Shown here: in pieces, positions 55,956 to 64,000 of the stretch | Layout of the letters: every line of letters begins with the position of its first letter | How positions within the stretch are numbered: the stretch's first letter is position 1 | Translations under genes and position numbers: made by a program | DNA from: Blastocladiella emersonii ATCC 22665 | Taxonomy: Eukaryota; Fungi; Blastocladiomycota | Length of the DNA: 64,000 nucleotides | Direction of reading: 5' to 3' | Assembly: GCA_025594325.1 (NCBI GenBank) | Contig: JANHCV010000002.1 | Coordinates: 930,001 to 994,000 of the forward strand | Notes under the pieces: model-generated | Told to the model about the DNA's origin: nothing | The model's database searches: none | Seen by the model: only the letters and a program-made list of their open reading frames with translations

Positions 55956-57657
55956 ATGACCTGTTCCGCCTACCACACGGCCGCGCTGCTCGCTGCTGCT
56001 CCGCCGCCTCTCGGCCCGCCAGATGCCTTCGCTCCCGCCATCTCCTCGCCCACCACCGACGTGTTCCTCGGCTCGCTGGCAAGCCCGCACGACGATGACG
56101 ACGACGGCAAGCTGTTCCCGTTCCAGAAGCGTCGTATCGACCTCGACACCCCGCATCCCTCCAACCTCTCGCACCTCGAGTCGCGCGACACTGCGTCCGC
56201 GCTCGAGCCTGCCTCCTCGCCGCCTGGCAGCCGGCCTGGATCCGAGATGACTGGCACCGGCCGTCTCTCGCCCAGCACCCCGTACCTCAACCACACCCAG
56301 TCCTCGTTCGGCCGCGATGCGCCCGTCGATCAAGTCGAGGCCGTCGGCGCCTTCGCCAGTGGCGCCCGCATCCTGACCGAGTCGCTGTACGACGACCACG
56401 ACGACTCGCCCTTCTACTCGGCCGAGTACGCGCTCAACCACGCTTCGTCTGCTCGCCACTTCTCCGCTGGTGGCGACACTTCCCTCGGCAACACGCAGAC
56501 GGTCTTGGGCCAGCCCATGGTCGACGACACGCTCGCCGCGGGCCCGCACACGTTCGCCACCACGCTCGACTGTGTCGCTGCTTCGCGCGAGTCGCCGCTC
56601 GACGATGCTCGCGTCCAAGCTGCGGATCTGGAGGACGGTGTCGCTGCTGTCTCCATCGTCGGCGTGCAGCACGCCGCGCTCATGGCCGCCGTCGACCGTG
56701 TCCCCGCCGCTGCCCAGGTCCTCGCGAACCAAGCTTACTCGGCCAGCAACCCGATCCCGTTCCCGATCCCGGCCACGTACCCGCTCGGCTTCGTTCCGCG
56801 CACGCCGGACCTCTCCGGCAACGTGTACCTCTCGGCCGAGTCGCCTTGCGCGCCGCTGCTGCCCATCCTGCCGCCCGCCGCCGCACCCTTCGCCACAGTC
56901 AACGTCGAGTCGATGCCCACGCCGCCCATTACCAACATCGAGCCCTCGCTCGCGGCCGACGGCACCGGGGCCCTGCTCGCCTTCACCTACACCATCGCGC
57001 CTTCCTCGGCCCCCAAATTTGACGGTCTGCCCAACAAGTTCGGCATGGCGGGCGCGCTTCCCCACGGCAAGCGCGGCAATCTCAACACGATCCTGACCGA
57101 CACGTCGCTCAAGTTCTGCGCGACGGCGACGCCCCCGCGCGGCTCCGAGTACAAGCACGCCACGGACTTCATCATCGTCCCGCCGCAGCGGGTCTCGTCC
57201 ACGCCCGCGCAGCTCGACGTCGTGTTCTCGCCCGTCAAGGATAGCCAGGTGAAGCTGGTGCATGCGCTTTGTCGCGGCCCGCTCATCGGCTATCCTCCGC
57301 ACCTCGAGTTCGACTACATCCTGGTCCGCGCCGAGTTCAACAGCCGCAACCACGCGTCGTGCCAGGTCGCGATCGACCTCACCTACACGTGCGACGCCGT
57401 CAAGATCGACGGTACGGTCCGCAGCCGCTCTCGCTCTGCCCTCGACTTCGTACTGACTTGACCTTGCTCCCTTACTTCTAGCCACGTTCAACGTCAAGCT
57501 GCAGACCTCGCGCCGCGGCCGCGCGACCACCGCGGCCACGACCCGCTCGACGGCCGGAAAGCGCGCGGCCAAGCCCAAGCTGCCGACGACGGCGGAGCTC
57601 AACGCGATGGCAGCGACCATGGCCATGGAGCAGTTTACTCCGACTCACTCCCCCTGA
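55956..57657 (+). CDS. Family B long form 2; intron 57412-57481 (3' end uncertain)
   Basis: A GTACGG...CTGAC...CTAG phase-1 intron yields KID-ATFNVKLQTSRRGR. It is paralogous to 53471-55550 (SLKFCAT vs SFEFCAT; YKHATDFIIVPP vs YKHKGHFMIVPP). Confidence 0.75.
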
Positions 57658-58067
57658 CGCACTTGCTTGACACAGGCACCAGTGCGCCAGTTCGGATCAC
57701 TCGCGGAATCACGTTCCACGAGTGCGCGGGATGTGGGTCTTCATTTAAACATACTCGATGGTCTTCGTTCTGTTCACTAGTTCGTGTCCTTCGCGTCTCG
57801 GGGCGCTGAGTTCAGTGAAGGTCGGTGGACGCGTTGCGCCACATCCGCTCCGAGTCGTTCCTCCCGCTCGTCGGCCTGAGCGGGTACCCGCTGCAGTCGA
57901 GAATTGACCGCCATCGCCACCGTGGCCAAGCTCAAGGTTGCTCCGCGTCTCTCGGACTGCATGTGCCTCGAAGCGTCCAAAATTTGCCGGTGTATGTTCA
58001 CATCGACTCGCTGCCCCACCACGGGGCAGCACCATCACCTCACCTCACCACATCCCACCGCCTCACC

Positions 58068-60215
58068 TCACAGCTTAGCCTTATCCGCGAAGAGTTCGGG
58101 GTACGCGAGCCTTCCGACCAACTCGCGCGGTACGGGCACCGTGATCGAGCTGAGCAGGACCTGCGCGTACGTCTTGCCCTGGCGGTCGATGTGCAGGGAC
58201 GCAAGCCCGCCGCCGCCGAGCGCCTGCGTCAGGACAAAGTTGAGCGCGTGTGAGCCGGGCAGCGTGAAGCGGTCGACGCGGCCCGCGACGAGGTGCTTCA
58301 TGTGAGCATGCACGCGCTACGGGAGGGGATCGAGGTGAGAACGAGAAGCTGAGAGGGATGAGGGAAGGGCGGGCGAACGTCGGCCGTGAGGTACTCGCAC
58401 AGCAGCGGGTAGAAGGCGGGATCGCGCGCGAGGATCCCAATGTTGCTCACGTCGCCCTTGTCGCCGGACCGGCCGACCGCGAGGCAGATGAGCGGGACGT
58501 GGATCGTGTCGCCCGCAGCGGCGGCATCGGCGGGCGCCGTGTGCAGCTCAAGGTGAACCACGTCCGTCACGACCGCGGCCGAACGCGGCTCGGCGAACGG
58601 TACCGCGCACGGCGACCGGGACGCGACGTGGTACTCGGGCCGCACCGCCGACCTGGGGACGAGCGCGCTGATATGGCGCAGCTGGCGCGACGGCCGCGGC
58701 CGGCCGGATCCGGCGCCCGTGATTCCTGGCGCCATGCATGTCGCCGACTACCGCCGCACAAGCGTCAGTCATCGCTCACCGATCATTTGAAACGCGAAGC
58801 GTACCGGCGCAAGCTCCATGGCGAGCAGCCCGAGCGCGCGTCGATCTGGGTGCGCGGCCGTGAGCCGCAGCACGACTTCACGCGCGCCCGCGAGCCGGTC
58901 GCGGCGGTGCGGGCCGTAGAGCTCCTCGGATCCGAGACACTCGATGCGGACGCGGGTGATGGGTTCGCGGACGCCGAGCGTGGTTAGGAGCAGGCGGTTG
59001 GTACGCGCGACGATCGCATTCCCGACGGCCTCGGCCTTGCGGCGCGCGTCGTGCCCGGCAATCAGGAGCTCGGCCGTCATGGTGAAGTCGCCCGCGGTGA
59101 TGGCCGAGACCTTGAGCGTATCCGTCGGCGGGAACCCGCGGGCGCCCGTGACGCGCACGCGGTCGGGCGCGGTCTCGGTGAGCACGACGTCAGCGAGGTC
59201 GAGCGTCACGTCCGGGAGGAGGTACTTTCGCGGGTCGAGGACCTCGTAGACCATCTGCTCGCCGACCGAGAGCCGCGACACGACGCCGCCGGTGCCCGGG
59301 AGCTTGGTGATGGTGGCGTCGCCGCGCGCGTCGACCTCGGCGATCGGGTACCCCATGTTGCTCCAGCCGGGCGCCGAGAGCTGCCAGTCGGTGAAGTTGC
59401 CGCCGGTCGCCTGGCATCCGCACTCGAGCAGGTGGCCGACGAGCGAGCCCGCGGCCAGCTGGTCGTAGTCGTGCGCGGCCCACCCGTACTCGCTGATCAG
59501 CGGGCCCACGACGAGCGCGCTGTCGACGACGCGGCCCGTCACGACAATGGTCGCGCCGGCGTCGAGGGCGCGCGCGACGGGAAAGGCGCCAGTGTATGCG
59601 TTGATCTATGCGGGCTGGAGGTCAGCGCGCGGCGTTCGGCAAAGCTATGGCGAGAACGCGCACCGAAACGAGCTCGTCGTGCGCCGGGATCGCGTCGGCG
59701 AACATGCCGTCGTTGGTGGGCGAGAACGGGAGAAGGTTGGCGGGCGGCGCGCCCTTGACGCCCATGAGGTTGTCGCCCGTGACGGCGGCGACCACGACCT
59801 TGTCGGCGAGCCCCGCGGCCTCGGCGGCCTCCTCGATGGCGATCTTGAGGCCGACGGGGTCGAGGCCGCCGGCGTTGGTCACGATGCGGATCTTATTCTT
59901 GACGATGGTGGGCAGCAGCGGCTGGATGACGAAGCGGACAAACTCGTCGACGTAGCCCGGCGCGTTGCGCGCCATGCGCTTGGCCAGGATGCCCATGGTG
60001 ACCTCGGCGAGGTAGTCGGCCTGGCGGGTGACGGGTCAGCGCTGACGGGTGCATCGTGCTGCCGTGGGAGGGCGGCGACGTACGACGACGTAGTCGAGCG
60101 GCGCGACCGTGTGCGGCGTGCGGATGAGCTGGGCGGCGGCAGCGACCGAGTCGCCCCAGAACGCCGAGTAGCACCCGATGCGGACGGGCGAGGTTCGCTT
60201 CTTCATTGGCTCCAT
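58068..60215 (-). CDS. AtuA/DUF1446 family protein (acyclic terpene utilisation-like); about 5 introns
   Basis: VRIGCYSAFWGDS, DYLAEVTMGIL, RIVTNAGGLDP, NAYTG, VTGRVVDSAL, GHLLECGCQATGGNF, GRSGDKGDVSNIG, GGGGLASLHIDRQGKTYAQ. Confidence 0.92.
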
Positions 60216-60548
60216 GATCATTCGTGAGGGAGGGAGGGGAAGAGAGCGAGGACCGAGGCGAGCGAGCGAAGCGGCCAAAGAGTCGAACGCGTCGCGGCGC
60301 CGGTCCGGCTGCCACGCCTGTCATCCGTTGCGGCCGCCACTCAGCCGCCACTCTCGGGCCTCCGCCACCTTGTCGGCGCCGCGCGCTTCCTCTCCCCCTC
60401 CCCTTCCCTGTGAATGCATCAATTGGACGCGATCCTCATCGCGCACACGTATCAAACCACTTGCAACACACCGGCCGATCCTTAGAGGCCGCCCGCCTAC
60501 CCGCTGCTGCTGCCCTCACGAATCGAGCCCTACCCGACCCGACCCGTC

Positions 60549-62976
60549 ATGTCGACCATGGAGCGGCGCAAGCAGGAGCTCGAGCTCAAGCGCCAGAAGC
60601 TCGAGGAGCTGCGCCGCGCCCGCGAGCAGCGCCGCCAGGCCTCGACGCACGCCAGCGACGGCGCCGCTGCGTCGTCCTCGTCGACCAGCTCGGCGTCGCG
60701 CCGCGCCAACTCCAACATCGACGACCTCGTCAACTCGGTCCTCCAGGAGCGCCCCTCGTCGCGCACCAGCTCGCGCGACGGCGAGGGCCAGGGGCTCGCC
60801 AGCGGTCTCTCGCCCGAGCTCGGGTCGCGCAACCTCACCTTCTCGCCCGTCCCCGTCGATCCCGTCGCCTCCGCGGCGGCGGCACCGGCGGCGAGTGCTG
60901 CTCCTGTTGCTGCTCCTCGGTATGGCAACCTACGCATGGGAGAGCGGACTCGACGCTGACGGCAAATCCCCGTCTAGCCCGACGCTGCAGCTGCAGGCCT
61001 CCGAGGTCGTCGTGCTCGACATGGCGCCCGTGGTACGCCACCCTCACCTTCGGACCTGGACCTCGAGTCCACTCACCCACCTCCCGACGCGTACAGGAAA
61101 AGGTCTACTACAGCAAGGAGCTGCAGACCGACGACGTGTGGATGCCGACCGAAGAGGAGGCGCGCGCCCCGCTCGCCAACAACGGCGTGGGCAGTGAGAC
61201 CCACGAGGTGACGGCCGCCAACCACGCCGCCACGGCTGCGGCCGAGGACGCCGCGGCGGCAGCGAACCAGACCGAGCCCGATGAGGAGCAGGCGCCGCGC
61301 GAGATCCCCGAGGAGATCAAGAAGGCCATTGTCGGGTCCGAGCCGTTCCTCGAGTTCTTTGACCACTCGTCGCGCATCATCGAGAAGGCGCTCAATGCCG
61401 CCGACACGTTCGACTTTCTGCGCGACTATTCCATCAGCGCTGACTATGTCGGGTTCGTGGGAGTCGAGTGCACGCGCTCGATCGCCTTCTGTTGACCACT
61501 GAGTGCATCTAGCAACGAGATTGACCAGTCCCCCGTCAAGCTCCTCAACCACGCCTTCAACGACCACTACACCAAGGGCCGCACCGTCGCCTCGATTGCG
61601 TGGAACCCTCGCGTACGCTCTCGCCCTCGGACACTCGTACTACTCGGTACTAACCCTCGAACAACTAGTTCCCCGAGCTGTACGTGGCGTCGTACACCAA
61701 GTCGACCCTGCCGACGACCGAGGCCGACGGCCTGGTGCTCGTGTGGAACGTGCTGATGCCGACGCGGCCCGAGTTTGTGTTCACTTGCCAGTCCGAGGTG
61801 CTGACGACGCGGTTCAGCGAGTTCCACCCGCACCTGGTGATTGGCGGCACCTACTCTGGCCAGATCGTCCTGTGGGACACGCGCACCAAGTCGAGCAGCC
61901 CGATCCTCAAGACGCCGCTGTCGGCGGCGGGCCACACGCACCCGGTGACGAGCTGCGCGCTGGTCGGCAGCGAGCACGCGCACCAGCTGGTCACGGCGTC
62001 GAGCGACGGCACGCTGTGCGCGTGGCAGCTCGACATGCTCGCGCAGCCGCAGGAGGTGCTGGAGCTCGTGGTCCCGCCCGCGCTCGCCGCCGTGTCGCGG
62101 CACCCGGGCACCGGCGGTAGCAGCTCCGCCGCCGCTGCCATCTCGGCGGCCGCCGCGGGTCCCGCCGAGGTCGGCGTCACCTGCTTCGCGTTCCCCGCCA
62201 ACGAGGCCGCCGCGCTCTGGGTCGGCACCGAGCAGGGCACCGTCATGCACGTGTCGCGGTACGACCGCGCCGCCGCCAAGGCCGGCGTCGCCGACTGCTA
62301 CGTCGGCCACTACGGCATGGTCACGGGGCTCGCGTTCCACCCGTCCCACGCCGCCGCCGACCACTCGGACCTGTTCCTCACCAGCAGCGTCGACTGGACC
62401 GTCAAGCTGTGGCGCACGCGCAAGTCGGCGCCCCCGACCGCCGCGTCGGGCGCCGCGGGGGCCGGCGGTTCGTCGGGCTCCGCGGCCGGCGCCAACGGCA
62501 GCGCGGGCAACATCAACGGACCCTCGTCGGGCACGACCGCGAGCGGCGCGCCGACGAGCCCCGTGTCGGCGCCGGGCGCCGGGCTCACGCACGTGACGCC
62601 GCTGTACTCGTTCCTGGAGGCGGGCGACTACGTGTTCGACGTGGCGTGGTCGCCGACGCACCCGGCCGTGTTTGCGGCGGTCGACGGGTCGGGGCACCTC
62701 GACCTGTGGAACCTCAACGAGGACACGGAGCTGTACGTGTGCCGCGTCAAGGTCGCGCCGCGCGCCCTCAACAAGGTGGCGTTCGCGCCCGACGGCCGCC
62801 GCGTCGCGGTCGGCGCCGCCGACGGCCACGTCTACCTGTACGACCTCGCCGAGGCCGCCTTCGCGCCCCGCGAGGACGACTGGGTCAAGTTCCAGCGCAC
62901 GCTCGTCGACATGGAGGCGCTCGAGATGGAGCGCCGGATCACCATGAGCGCGGCGGCGACGGCGACGGGCGTGTGA
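60549..62976 (+). CDS. DYNC1I: Cytoplasmic dynein 1 intermediate chain (WD40); about 4 introns
   Basis: N-terminal coiled coil RRKQELELKRQKLEELRR, light-chain-site-like YSKELQT, FFDHSSRIIEKAL, GGTYSGQIVLWD, FLTSSVDWTVKLW, WSPTHPAVF. Confidence 0.93.
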
Positions 62977-63472
62977 GGAGGCGAGCAGATCGGGGTTGTG
63001 TACCGTACCGAGCGAAGTTTTGATGGATTGATTGATGTGATTCCCCGTTCTCCTGCTGATGCCGGGTCTGATGCAACGCAGCGCAAATGAAGGTCGCGCG
63101 AACTTCATGCATGCGCGCCGCCGTGCAACGCGCGCGCGACGCGACGTGCTGCCGCAGCAGCGCCACAGCGGCGTCGGCGTCGGATCGGAAAGCGGCCGCG
63201 TGACGATGAGCCGAGGCGGCGAGGAGGCGCTCAAGTGCGTGGGCCAGCTGGCAGGCCAGCTGGTGACGCCGCCGCCCCGCTGCCCGCCGACCTCGATCGA
63301 GCGCTTCTCCTCCTCCCACGCTCCCACTCCTCCGAGACGAACGCAACGTAGAGAAGACGAAGACGAAGATCATAGACCGAATCTCCATGTATGCCACCAC
63401 CACCATGAACCCTCGCCAGCGTCGCCGCAGCGCTGACCCGCCCGCTACGCTCGCTAGACCCGACCCTCCAAG

Positions 63473-64000
63473 ATGGGCGCCTTCATCAAGATTCTCTTGA
63501 TCCTGCTCGTCCTTTTCTTCGTGGCGCTGTGCGTACTCAAGCAGGTGATGCGCAAGTCGGGCAAGGCGCACGAGGCCGAGGCCGCGAAACCCTCCTCGGC
63601 CGCCGCGGGGCCGTCCAACGACCACGCCCTCGACGCCGTGTACCCGCAGGACGTGCCCGCCAACGCCGCCGCCGGGTACGCCGCCACGCCTGCCGCCCTC
63701 ATCAACAACGCCGCCCACGCCCAGCCCCTGCCGCCGCCGCCCGCGTACAGCGGCCACGTCCAGCAGCCGTACGGCGCGGGTCCCCCGCAGCAGTCGCCCT
63801 ACGGCCAGCAGCCGCCCCAGCACCACATGCAGATGCCGTACGGCGGCGGCAACATTGCCCCGCAGCCGACGGGCAGCTCGATCCACAGCTACGGCGGCGC
63901 GCCGAACCAGGGCTACGCCGCGCCCGCGGGGTACCTCGCCCCGCAGCCGCAGTACGGCCAGCCGCCCGCGCACCTCGGCCCGCAGCACACGGGTTCATCG
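63473..64000 (+). CDS. Single-TM protein with Pro/Tyr/Gln-rich cytosolic tail (PPAY motif); truncated by window end
   Basis: MGAFIKILLILLVLFFVALCVLKQ followed by a PY-rich tail with PPPPAY. A possible upstream intron at 63389-63457 could extend the N-terminus. Confidence 0.7.
   Translation, partial: MGAFIKILLILLVLFFVALCVLKQVMRKSGKAHEAEAAKPSSAAAGPSNDHALDAVYPQDVPANAAAGYAATPAALINNAAHAQPLPPPPAYSGHVQQPYGAGPPQQSPYGQQPPQHHMQMPYGGGNIAPQPTGSSIHSYGGAPNQGYAAPAGYLAPQPQYGQPPAHLGPQHTGSS

Noticed and set aside
57677-57810. Frame reading FHECAGCGSSFKH (CxxC, zinc-finger-like) after a CTGAC...ACAG acceptor-like site
   Set aside because: No canonical donor gives the required phase from the 55956 gene, so it is not included in the model.
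1-64000. tRNA, rRNA, transposase, reverse transcriptase or Fanzor/TnpB genes
   Set aside because: No such signatures (cloverleaf, rRNA conserved blocks, DDE, YxDD or RuvC motifs, TIR+TSD) were recognised by eye. A tRNAscan/Infernal/RepeatMasker run would be needed to exclude them formally.

Overview
This is a GC-rich, gene-dense eukaryotic window. Introns are short (mostly about 55-75 nt), with GTRYGY-like donors, CTRAC branch points and YAG acceptors. The gene set (VMA21, PET100, URA4-type dihydroorotase, YAR1, PRM10-like, a DUF3684-type sacsin-like ATPase and a class C GPCR) points to an early-diverging, probably zoosporic fungus such as a Blastocladiomycota or chytrid; this is inference. 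About 38 protein-coding genes can be modelled by hand. Most are housekeeping: ATG5, VMA21, RSM10, PET100, CCT7, PUS3/DEG1, TRS23, SEC4/RAB8, LEU5, TIF6, BMT2, URA4, TIF5, YAR1, a MATE transporter, transgelin and the dynein intermediate chain. Lineage-specific islands are interspersed. (1) A five-member unnamed beta-rich family in two clusters (13.9-16.6 kb and 53.5-57.7 kb) shares a phase-1 intron and may be a p53/CSL-type Ig-fold DNA-binding domain; one member is a frameshifted pseudogene. (2) An intron-containing gene fuses a viral-type Bro-N/KilA-N-like region to a PD-(D/E)xK nuclease. (3) A GABA-B-like GPCR carries a PH-like C-terminal domain. (4) A tandem triplet has one secreted and two non-secreted members. 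(5) There is a tandem pair of small helical orphans, plus two low-complexity repeat proteins. The few long introns carry base-paired stems that shrink them towards the usual intron length. I saw no rRNA, tRNA, CRISPR array or transposase/RT. All homology calls and alignments are by eye; no database search was run.
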